DNA of 45,395 nt from Nitrospirae bacterium RBG_13_39_12 (lineage in GTDB: Bacteria > Nitrospirota > Thermodesulfovibrionia > Thermodesulfovibrionales > SM23-35). Of this stretch, positions 17,122 through 25,009 are shown piece after piece (position 1 is the stretch's first letter; the number at the start of each line of letters is the position of its first letter). Under the pieces are notes generated by a model that was not told where the DNA came from, ran no database searches, and saw only the letters and a program-made list of their open reading frames with translations. The stretch spans positions 1,841 through 47,235 of the forward strand of contig MHEF01000121.1 in NCBI GenBank assembly GCA_001805125.1, in the 5' to 3' direction. The position numbers and the translations under genes are program-made.

Positions 17122-18255
17122 TTATCGTAATTCCTTTTTAAAACTCTTGGTTGCTACCCAGAGCCCTGCGATTGCCATTCCAATCAATATCAGGGTCTCT
17201 TTCCAAAGAAAGGAGATATCCGCTCCCTTCAGAAAGATCTCCTTCAGAATCGTTACGTAATATCGGGGGGCAATCCCATAGGTGATGATCTGGAGCCATA
17301 AAGGCATATTGGCAATGACAAAGGTAAACCCTGATAAAAGAAACGTGGGAAGGAACCCGATGATCATGGCCATCTGATTAGCCAGAAGTTGTGTCCTTGT
17401 TACCGTGGAGATGGTCAAACCGAGAGCCAAGGCCACGAGGAGATAGATGCAAGAGAGGAGGAAAAGGAGTGTGATGCTTCCCCTCAATGGAACCTGAAAG
17501 ACCCATTTTGCCATCCAAACAGCAAGAAAAAGATCCAAAAGGCCTAAAAAAAAGTATGGAAATAATTTCCCGATGATTAATTCCCCCTTTTGAACCGGAG
17601 TTGAGATGAGGAGCTCCATCGTTCCCTTCTCCCATTCCCGAACAATGACCTGCCCGGTGAGGAGCACTCCGATGATCGACATGATCACAGCCACCAATCC
17701 CGGGATGAAATAATTCTTCGATTCCAGTTCTTCATTGAACCAGATCCTCGTCCGACCCTCCACAGGCGGATTCGGCCTTTCCTTTCCCATCCGTTCTATT
17801 TTTAAGAAGGTCTTTTCTTGTGTGTATTGACGGGCGATGGCCTGGACATAATTGAGGATGATATTCGCTGTATTGGAATCACTCCCATCTAATAATACTT
17901 GAACAATGGCCTTCCTCCCAGCCTTCACCTTCTTTGAGAAATCCCATGGAAGGACCAATCCCATCTTGACTGTTCCCTCGTCAATGAGTCTCTTCATCTC
18001 TTTTTCATCTTGAACAAAAATGTGAAGGGAGAAATAGGGAGAACCACTGAACCGATGGGTGAAAGATAGGCTTTCTTGGGTTCCGTCATGGTCCAAAACG
18101 GCCATCGGTACTTTTTTCACATCGAGGGTCACTGCATAACCAAATAGAAGCATCAGGAGCGCTGGCATGAGAATCACCAATGCCAAGCTTCTTGGATCCC
18201 GATAGATGTGGATAAATTCTTTTCTTGCAATGGCCCAGGTGCGAGAAGGATTCAT
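17122..18255 (-). CDS. ABC-2 type transporter permease (YbhR/YbhS-like)
   Basis: Same architecture as the other permease. The start is set at ATG 18255 (MNPSRTWAIARKEF), which overlaps the upstream ATPase stop as ATGA (18252-18255). The track start 18315 lies inside the ATPase gene. Confidence 0.85.
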   Translation of the reverse strand: MNPSRTWAIARKEFIHIYRDPRSLALVILMPALLMLLFGYAVTLDVKKVPMAVLDHDGTQESLSFTHRFSGSPYFSLHIFVQDEKEMKRLIDEGTVKMGLVLPWDFSKKVKAGRKAIVQVLLDGSDSNTANIILNYVQAIARQYTQEKTFLKIERMGKERPNPPVEGRTRIWFNEELESKNYFIPGLVAVIMSIIGVLLTGQVIVREWEKGTMELLISTPVQKGELIIGKLFPYFFLGLLDLFLAVWMAKWVFQVPLRGSITLLFLLSCIYLLVALALGLTISTVTRTQLLANQMAMIIGFLPTFLLSGFTFVIANMPLWLQIITYGIAPRYYVTILKEIFLKGADISFLWKETLILIGMAIAGLWVATKSFKKELR

Positions 18256-19193
18256 CTCTCCTCCTCTCTTCCGATCAATGAAACAAAGACATCTTCCAAG
18301 GAAGGCCTGATCCATTCTATTCTTTTCAGGACAATCCCATGAGTCTGAAATAAAGCCTCGATGGCCTGTTCTGAATCAACCCCTTCTTTCCCGATCACAT
18401 GGAGGCCATTTCCAAACACTGCCGATTCTAAGATCCAGGGCTCCTTCTTCAGAAGATCAAGAGCCGGGATGAGTGGATCGCATTCCACTTCCATGACTCC
18501 TCGTGTAAGGGTCTTTAATTTCAAATCGGTCGGGGTTCCGAGGGCGATGATCTTCCCCTGATAGATCAATGCCAATCGATCGCAATATTCAGCTTCATCC
18601 ATATAGTGGGTTGTGACAAAGGTCGTTACACCCCTTTCTGCCATCTGCTGGATCAAACTCCAGAAATTTCTTCGTGAGATCGGATCCACTCCGGAGGTAG
18701 GTTCGTCTAAAAAGAGAATAGAGGGATGATGGAGGATGGCGCAGCCTAATGCCAGACGCTGCTTCCAGCCGACAGCCAGTGTCCGGGTGATCCGATCCCG
18801 GAGTTCTTTTAGCCCGGCCATCTCCAACACCTGCCCCTCCCTTTCTCTTTGGAGGGATCCGGAAAGACCGTAAATCCCTCCGAAAAAGTGAAGGTTTTCC
18901 ATTACGGTCAGGTCTTCATAAAGGGAGAATTTTTGAGACATATAGCCGATCACCTGCTTAATCTTCTCCGGTTCTTCTACGATATCAATTCCTGCGACTC
19001 TACCTTTCCCAGAAGTGGGCATTAAAAGTCCGCAGAGCATTCGGATGGTAGTGGACTTTCCAGCTCCATTGGGTCCTAGAAATCCAAAGATTTCTCCCTT
19101 CGCCACCTGGAAATGGATGTGATCAACTGCAACAAAAGTCCCAAATGTTTTGACGAGGTCTTCAACCTCAACCGCAAGAGTTGGCATAGTCAT
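18252..19193 (-). CDS. ABC transporter ATP-binding protein (second ATPase of the exporter)
   Basis: Walker A GPNGAGKST, Walker B LFLDEPTSG, and a C-terminal regulatory-type domain. Confidence 0.9.
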   Translation of the reverse strand: MTMPTLAVEVEDLVKTFGTFVAVDHIHFQVAKGEIFGFLGPNGAGKSTTIRMLCGLLMPTSGKGRVAGIDIVEEPEKIKQVIGYMSQKFSLYEDLTVMENLHFFGGIYGLSGSLQREREGQVLEMAGLKELRDRITRTLAVGWKQRLALGCAILHHPSILFLDEPTSGVDPISRRNFWSLIQQMAERGVTTFVTTHYMDEAEYCDRLALIYQGKIIALGTPTDLKLKTLTRGVMEVECDPLIPALDLLKKEPWILESAVFGNGLHVIGKEGVDSEQAIEALFQTHGIVLKRIEWIRPSLEDVFVSLIGREEER

Positions 19194-19287
19194 AAGTTAT
19201 GAGTTTGGAGTTATGAATTATGAGTTATGAATTATGAGTTGAGAGTTGTGAATCTTTAACTCTTAATTCTTCATTTATAACTCTTAA
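19194..19287. repeat. Word-repeat hairpin H4: about nine tandem 7-mers (GAGTTAT/GAATTAT) followed by their complements
   Basis: 19194-19256 reads AAGTTAT GAGTTTG GAGTTAT GAATTAT GAGTTAT GAATTAT GAGTTGA GAGTTGT GAATCTT. 19255-19287 contains TAACTC / TTAATTC / ATAACTC / TTAATTA words. The repeat fills the whole gap between the two ATPase genes. Confidence 0.75.
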
Positions 19288-20211
19288 TTATTTTTTCCTC
19301 CCTTGGACCATGGAGACAAAGGCGTCCTCAAGTGTGGGTCTGACCGCTATCAAACCCAATACCTCCATCCCCTGCGCCTTTAAAACTTCTCGAATGATCC
19401 TTTCTCCTTCCTGAGGATCATCCACCAAGACATGAATTTTATCCCCTGACAAGACAAGGCTACGGAAAGATCCGATCCCTTCTAACATCTTTATACCTTT
19501 CTGATAATCCTCCAAACGCAGTTCCAACACTGCCCCTTCCATCTGAGCTTTTACAGCCGAGGGCCTATCAGCGATCAATAACTTCCCTTGGTAGATCAAA
19601 CCTATGCGACTGCATCGCTCTGCCTCATCCATGTAGGAGGTTGAAAAAAGAATGGTCACCCCCTCTTTTAACAAGTCATAGAGGATGACCCAGAAATCCC
19701 TTCGAGAGAGGGGATCGACTCCGGTGGTCGGTTCATCTAAAAAGAGGAGTTGGGGGGTATGAATCAACGCACAGATCAACCCTAACTTCTGTTTCATTCC
19801 ACCGGAAAGATCCTGAGCTTTTCGTCTCCCAAAAGGTTCAAGGTTGGCAAATCGAAGCAGCCTTTCTATCCTCTCCTTCCTCCTCTGCTTCGATACCTGA
19901 AAAAGGTCCGCGTAGAAATGAATGTTTTCGAGGACAGTCAGATCTCCATAGAGCCCAAACCGTTGGGGAAGATAACCTACCTTTTCCTTTAGAAGTTCTG
20001 CCTCTTTTCGGATATCAAAACCAGCCACCCTCGCCTCTCCTCCATCAGGAGGGAGAATTCCGCATAACATCCGGAGGGTGGTCGTCTTGCCGGAAGCATC
20101 TGGACCTACAAGGCCAAAGATCTCTCCGGTCTTCACCTCCAAATTCAATTGGCTGACAGCGACTAACGATCCAAAGGTCTTGGTCAGATTATTCGTTTGA
20201 ATGGATAACAT
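19288..20211 (-). CDS. ABC transporter ATP-binding protein (first ATPase of the exporter)
   Basis: Degenerate-looking Walker A GPDASGKTT, signature LSGGMKQK and Walker B LFLDEPTTG. It overlaps the HlyD-family gene by 1 nt. Confidence 0.9.
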   Translation of the reverse strand: MLSIQTNNLTKTFGSLVAVSQLNLEVKTGEIFGLVGPDASGKTTTLRMLCGILPPDGGEARVAGFDIRKEAELLKEKVGYLPQRFGLYGDLTVLENIHFYADLFQVSKQRRKERIERLLRFANLEPFGRRKAQDLSGGMKQKLGLICALIHTPQLLFLDEPTTGVDPLSRRDFWVILYDLLKEGVTILFSTSYMDEAERCSRIGLIYQGKLLIADRPSAVKAQMEGAVLELRLEDYQKGIKMLEGIGSFRSLVLSGDKIHVLVDDPQEGERIIREVLKAQGMEVLGLIAVRPTLEDAFVSMVQGRKK

Positions 20212-21215
20212 TAGGGTTTGCTGGGTGCAGATGACATTGTGAAAATCCTTCCATCGGCTGGCATCCCGGGCTTCAGTTCCCGATCCAGATTTGGAATGTC
20301 AACTTTGATCCGGTAAACTAAGGTGACTCTCTCTTTTTCTGTCTGAATCTGCTTGGGTGTGAATTCAGCTTGAGACGAAATGAATGATATTCTCCCTTGG
20401 TACGCTTTTTGAGGCCGGAGGTCCGTCGTCACCATCACTTCCTGCCCCCACTTCACCCGACTGAGATCGGTCTCTGGGATATAGGCTTTCAACCAAACAT
20501 TTTCAATATCAGCCAGGGTAAGGATCGATCTTCCCGGATTGATGACTTCGCCGATTTCACCAGATTTAACCAAAACAACTCCAGAGATAGGGGAATGAAG
20601 AACCGTATAACTGAGCTGAGTCTCCGCCAGTCTCAGAGAAGCCCTGGCCTGTTCCACCTGGGCTCTGGCATCCTCGATATCCTCTTTTCTCGGCCCCTCC
20701 TTTACCAGATTGTAATTTTCAGTTGCCTTCTGTAAGACAGCCTTTGCGATCTTATATCCTGTCTCCGAATTATCTAAAATTTCTTTAGGAATCACATGCC
20801 TACCAAAGAGGGCCTTCGTTCGTTCATATTGAACTTTTTTATTCTCGAAATCGAATTGGGCCTGATGGAGGCTGGCCTCCGCTTCCCTCACCTCCTCCGG
20901 CCTTGAGCCTGCTAACAATTTTTCTAAACGAGCCTGGGCTGACCTTAATGTAGCTCTTGTGACTTCGAGACGTTGGCGGAGGTCCTCATCATCCAATTTT
21001 GCAATCACCTTTCCTTTTTCGACCCAATCCCCTTCCTGAACAGAGAGGCTGACAATCCGTCCGACAATCTTGAATCCAACGTCAACTTCTGTCGTTTCGA
21101 TATTTCCTGAGACCTTGATAAAAACATCCCCTCCCCCTTTATCTCGGGTGAATAAATAATATACAAGACCGGCAATGCCAACAACCACCAAAATACCAAT
21201 CCACCAACGTTTCAT
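20211..21215 (-). CDS. HlyD-family periplasmic adaptor (YbhG-like)
   Basis: N-terminal TM anchor (WWIGILVVVGIAGLVYYLF), a coiled-coil-rich middle, and lipoyl/beta-barrel segments. The track start 21242 is a TTG, so ATG 21215 (MKRWWIG) is preferred. Confidence 0.85.
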   Translation of the reverse strand: MKRWWIGILVVVGIAGLVYYLFTRDKGGGDVFIKVSGNIETTEVDVGFKIVGRIVSLSVQEGDWVEKGKVIAKLDDEDLRQRLEVTRATLRSAQARLEKLLAGSRPEEVREAEASLHQAQFDFENKKVQYERTKALFGRHVIPKEILDNSETGYKIAKAVLQKATENYNLVKEGPRKEDIEDARAQVEQARASLRLAETQLSYTVLHSPISGVVLVKSGEIGEVINPGRSILTLADIENVWLKAYIPETDLSRVKWGQEVMVTTDLRPQKAYQGRISFISSQAEFTPKQIQTEKERVTLVYRIKVDIPNLDRELKPGMPADGRIFTMSSAPSKP

Positions 21216-21311
21216 CTTGAACCTCTTCCAACGTTTAGGCAAAACCCATTATAAATTTCATTTCTACCCCTGTCAAAACTTTTGTCATCGACAAGGAGGA
21301 CCCCCTCCCCC

Positions 21312-21340
21312 TTGAATTTTCCAATAGTTATAGGTATCAT
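21312..21340 (+). promoter_or_regulatory. Candidate sigma-70-type promoter for rel (TTGAAT-N17-TATCAT)
   Basis: TTGAAT at 21312-21317, a 17-nt spacer, and TATCAT at 21335-21340. The -10 element ends only 9 nt before the ATG at 21350, which would imply a nearly leaderless mRNA. This is a pattern match only. Confidence 0.25.
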
Positions 21341-21349
21341 GGAATTAAG

Positions 21350-23521
21350 ATGTTGAGATTCAATGATATTTTAGATCGACTGGCTTCCTACAATCCTAAC
21401 GCCGACATGGACCTTTTAAGAAAGGCTTATGTCTTCTCTGCCAAAGTCCATTTGAGGCAGACTCGTCTTTCTGGAGAACCTTATCTTATTCATCCCCTCG
21501 AGGTGGCTGGAATTTTGACTCAACTCAAACTCGATGTCGCCAGTCTTGCCACTGGACTTCTTCACGATACTGTAGAGGATACTTTAACCACCCTCGAAGA
21601 GATCAGCGAAAACTTTGGGAAAGAAATTGCTCAACTGGTGGACGGTTTGACCAAGATCAGCCAGATCTCTCTTCGATCCTCTGAAGAAGACCAAGCAGAG
21701 AATTTCCGGAAGATGATTTTAGCCATGGTGAAGGACATCCGGGTCATTTTGATTAAATTAGCTGATCGCCTCCATAACATGCGAACCCTTAAGTACCACA
21801 CACCTGAAAAACAGGGCGAGATCGCTCAAGAAACCCTTGATATCTATGCTCCTTTAGCCAACCGGCTCGGCATTGACTGGATCAAAACAGAATTAGAAGA
21901 CCTTGCCTTTCAATACCTCCATCCTGATATCTATGAAGAAATCCAACGCAAGATCGCCAAGAAGGAGAAGGAAAGATCTCGTTATATCGACGAAGTGAAA
22001 CGAACCTTTATGAAGAAACTTTACGAAAATCATATCGAGGGTGAGGTCACCGGTCGATTAAAGCAGATCTATAGTATCTATTTGAAAATGAAAGACCAGC
22101 ATATCGATTTTAATCAGGTCTACGACATCACCGCCTTTCGAGTCATCGTCAATACCATTAAAGAATGTTACGACGTACTTGGGATCATCCATTCCCTCTG
22201 GAAACCCATTCCAGGAAAATTCAAAGATTATATTGGGCTTTCGAAAGAGAATATGTATCAATCCCTTCATACCGCTGTCATTGGACCTTATGGCGAGCGG
22301 ATTGAGATCCAGATTCGGACTCATGAGATGCATAAGATTGCAGAAGAGGGGATCGCTGCCCATTGGAAATACAAAGAGGGAAAGGCATTTAATGAAGCGG
22401 ATGACAAGCGTTTTACTTGGCTTCGACAACTATTAGAATGGCAGCGAGATTTAAAGGATGACGCAGAATTTATTGAGAGTGTAAAAGTGGACCTCTTCCC
22501 CCTTGAAGTCTACATCTTCACCCCGAAAGGAGAAGTTAAGGAATTTCCTGTCGGAGCCACCCCTATCGATTTCGCTTTCAGCATCCACTCCGATATCGGA
22601 AATCATTGTGTAGGAGCAAAAGTAAATGGAAAGATCGTTCCTCTGAAATATGAATTTCGAAGCGGGGATACTGTTGAGATTCTCACTTCCCCAAACCAAA
22701 AACCCAGCAAAGATTGGCTTAAATTTGTCAAGACCCCACGGGCCAAAACAAAAATTCGTCAATGGTTTAAAACAGAGGAGAGGGAAAAATCGATCGCCCT
22801 TGGTAAAGAGATCTTGGAGAAGGAGCTTCGGAAATACAATCTCCAACAAACCAAATTGATCAAGGCAGGAGAGTTGGCCAAAGTGGCTGCCGAATTCAGT
22901 TTCCAAGGAGTGGATGATCTCATTGCTGCTGTCGGTTATGGAAAACTGACTGTCAACCAGATCCTTGGAAAGATCCTCCCTCAGGAAAGGCTGGAACAGA
23001 AAGAGGAACAAGAAGAAGGCCGTTTAAAATCCCTCATCCAAAAGATCACCCGCAGCAGTCCCAAAGACGCCCTCCTCATCAAAGGAATTGACAATGTAAT
23101 GGTTCGTTACGCAGGGTGCTGCAACCCTGTGCCCGGAGATAAGGTGGTAGGGTTCATCACAAGAGGAAGGGGAGTAACGATTCATACTGTCGATTGCCAG
23201 AATGTGATAGACGATGATCCCAACCGGAAGGTGGAAGTAGAATGGGATTCCACAAAAGAATACAGCTACCCCGTACGACTCCGTATCTATTCTGAAGATA
23301 AAAAAGGGTTATTGGCCGAGATTAGCAGTTCGATCTCCTCCAATGAAGCTAACATCACAAATGCAAGGGTTGATACAACGGATGATAAAAAGGCAATCAG
23401 TATTTTTGAGCTGGAGATTCGAGATCTGAACCATCTCAAGAAGGTGATCAAAGGTCTCGAAAGGATCAAAGGGATTCATCGAGTGGAAAGAATGAGAGTT
23501 GAAACACAGGCCGAATCCTAA
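21350..23521 (+). CDS. rel: Bifunctional (p)ppGpp synthetase/hydrolase, long RelA/SpoT homologue
   Basis: 723 aa. HD hydrolase motif (HPLEVA ... LLHDTVEDT), synthetase domain (AFRVIV ... YQSLHTAV ... EIQIRT), TGS (VYIFTPKGEVKEFPVGATPIDFAFSIH) and a C-terminal ACT-like domain. Confidence 0.95.
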   Translation: MLRFNDILDRLASYNPNADMDLLRKAYVFSAKVHLRQTRLSGEPYLIHPLEVAGILTQLKLDVASLATGLLHDTVEDTLTTLEEISENFGKEIAQLVDGLTKISQISLRSSEEDQAENFRKMILAMVKDIRVILIKLADRLHNMRTLKYHTPEKQGEIAQETLDIYAPLANRLGIDWIKTELEDLAFQYLHPDIYEEIQRKIAKKEKERSRYIDEVKRTFMKKLYENHIEGEVTGRLKQIYSIYLKMKDQHIDFNQVYDITAFRVIVNTIKECYDVLGIIHSLWKPIPGKFKDYIGLSKENMYQSLHTAVIGPYGERIEIQIRTHEMHKIAEEGIAAHWKYKEGKAFNEADDKRFTWLRQLLEWQRDLKDDAEFIESVKVDLFPLEVYIFTPKGEVKEFPVGATPIDFAFSIHSDIGNHCVGAKVNGKIVPLKYEFRSGDTVEILTSPNQKPSKDWLKFVKTPRAKTKIRQWFKTEEREKSIALGKEILEKELRKYNLQQTKLIKAGELAKVAAEFSFQGVDDLIAAVGYGKLTVNQILGKILPQERLEQKEEQEEGRLKSLIQKITRSSPKDALLIKGIDNVMVRYAGCCNPVPGDKVVGFITRGRGVTIHTVDCQNVIDDDPNRKVEVEWDSTKEYSYPVRLRIYSEDKKGLLAEISSSISSNEANITNARVDTTDDKKAISIFELEIRDLNHLKKVIKGLERIKGIHRVERMRVETQAES

Positions 23522-23567
23522 CGACTCAGAAGGCGCAAAGCGCAAACGGTTTTAACACTATGCTCTA

Positions 23568-23590
23568 TGCCTGCTTGCAGTAGGCAGGCA
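23568..23590. terminator. Hairpin between convergent rel and rpmB (possible bidirectional terminator)
   Basis: TGCCTGC (23568-23574), a 9-nt loop, and GCAGGCA (23584-23590). There is only a short T-run afterwards, so this is a weak intrinsic-terminator candidate. It is flanked by a 15-nt direct repeat (23556-23570 / 23589-23603). Confidence 0.35.
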
Positions 23591-23605
23591 CTTTGCTCTA
23601 TGCTT

Positions 23606-23797
23606 TTATGCGGCCTTGGTAATCAACCCTGAGCGAAGGCATCGGGAACAGATCTTCATCCGAATCGTCCTTCCCTCTTTGATCGCCTTCACCTTATGGA
23701 GGTTGGGATACCAGACTTTCCGAGTCTTGTTGTTGGCATGGCTCACATTGTGGCCAAAGACCGGCCCTTTTCCACAAATCTCACATACCTTTGCCAT
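23606..23797 (-). CDS. rpmB: 50S ribosomal protein L28
   Basis: 63 aa: [37 protein letters not shown]..., the canonical L28 N-terminus and length. Confidence 0.95.
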   Translation of the reverse strand: MAKVCEICGKGPVFGHNVSHANNKTRKVWYPNLHKVKAIKEGRTIRMKICSRCLRSGLITKAA

Positions 23798-23855
23798 CTC
23801 AGAACCTCAAAATAATTTTTAATTTAATTAACATAATTCTAATTAAATTTCAACA

Positions 23856-24374
23856 TTATTTTGGATTTTCACCCAGATAGGCTTTAATAAAGATATCCAC
23901 TACCTCTTCCACACTGTCTCGGAGTTGGCTCAATATAATTTTCCCTATCGACCCCACTCCACCCGTTGACCAGGTCACTGCATACGTAATTTGTTCTGGA
24001 CCCCGTAGGAGAGAAACCTTTTGTATTAACATCACATCGATGGTATAGGGGTAAATCTCACTTTCAGTTTTTGCCAAATTCACATTAATATTGATGTAAA
24101 GGTATGGCTCTCCCGGCGTCTTTGAACATTCCTCTTTTGTTAATACCTTTATCCCTGCCATCCGAAGCTTAGATTCTGCCTCCATCTGTAGTTGATTTCT
24201 GACGAGCCCTTCCCTTTCAACCTCAGGTGGCAATTGTTCTACGAGTATTCCAACTCCTTTTAGCCCTCGAAGGGTAGCCCGATTGGATCTACCATTGACT
24301 GCAAATATGGGTAAATCCAATGTTAAGATCATGGCGACCACCATCAATAGTATTAACCATTTTTTAAAATTCAT
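23856..24374 (-). CDS. Hypothetical secreted protein
   Basis: 172-aa ORF with a clear signal peptide (MNFKKWLILLMVVAMILTLDLPIFA). I recognise no family. Confidence 0.5.
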   Translation of the reverse strand: MNFKKWLILLMVVAMILTLDLPIFAVNGRSNRATLRGLKGVGILVEQLPPEVEREGLVRNQLQMEAESKLRMAGIKVLTKEECSKTPGEPYLYININVNLAKTESEIYPYTIDVMLIQKVSLLRGPEQITYAVTWSTGGVGSIGKIILSQLRDSVEEVVDIFIKAYLGENPK

Positions 24375-25009
24375 ATTTCCACCCCCTTCATTTACCTGTA
24401 ACCAATTATATCAAAAAAGTGAAATTTTGGAAAATAACTAATAAAAGCAGGCGAAGCAAGTCAATGGGTTTGAAGCGATTTTAGTTAAGGAGTGGGAGGA
24501 GTGGAAAAGACCATCAGCGGTGAGATCGGACAAAAAGTTTCTAAAAGGCCTCTTTTCAATAGAACATCTAATGGAACTTTATTTCCAATAAGTGGTAATC
24601 TGTTACACACTAAAGGACTTCTTTGAACCAATAATTATGGCACTATATAAATAGAAAAGTATAATTAAAACAATAGAATAAACTCATTAAGCAGTGCCTA
24701 ATTTTGAATTGGAATCAAATTTGCATTTATTGTCATTTGTTTGAAAACGATTTCACTAAATTTCCAATTATTTCGTATTTATAATTGTGCTGGCGGAGCC
24801 ATATTTTTTCCAAACCTCTTGCTGCAACCAATAAATATTCTTTTTAACAGTTCTGTTATGGGACTATTTAAAATAAGATTTTGAAATAAATGCAATCTCT
24901 TTAGACCAGCATCGAACCTTGAAGTAACACTTTCTCCCTTAACAGAGAAGTTACCTAAGTAAGAATGTAAGGGTTAAATAATTTTTTCTTAGATCAGGAG
25001 ATAGTAATT
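24375..25009. other. 635-bp AT-rich non-coding spacer, marking a compositional and strand-polarity boundary and the likely control region of the EPS locus
   Basis: No ORF of 60 aa or more on either strand. Upstream genes are GC-richer and minus-strand; all downstream genes are AT-rich and plus-strand. Confidence 0.6.
24710..24725 (+). promoter_or_regulatory. Sigma-54-like -24/-12 element (TGGAATCAAATTTGCA)
   Basis: GG at 24711-24712 and GC at 24723-24724 have the consensus spacing of TGGCAC-N5-TTGCW. The element is about 285 nt upstream of the first EPS gene. This is pattern only and could arise by chance in AT-rich DNA. Confidence 0.25.

Noticed and set aside
22058-23545. Minus-strand and alternative-frame ORFs inside rel (for example 22451-23011, 186 aa)
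   Set aside because: They are antisense to or out of frame with a full-length, motif-complete RelA/SpoT gene.
24375-25009. Integrase, transposase, IS or tRNA at the compositional boundary
   Set aside because: I scanned both strands and found only very short ORFs with no recognisable recombinase motifs, no cloverleaf-like tRNA sequence, and no flanking direct repeats. The boundary therefore cannot be called a mobile-element junction.
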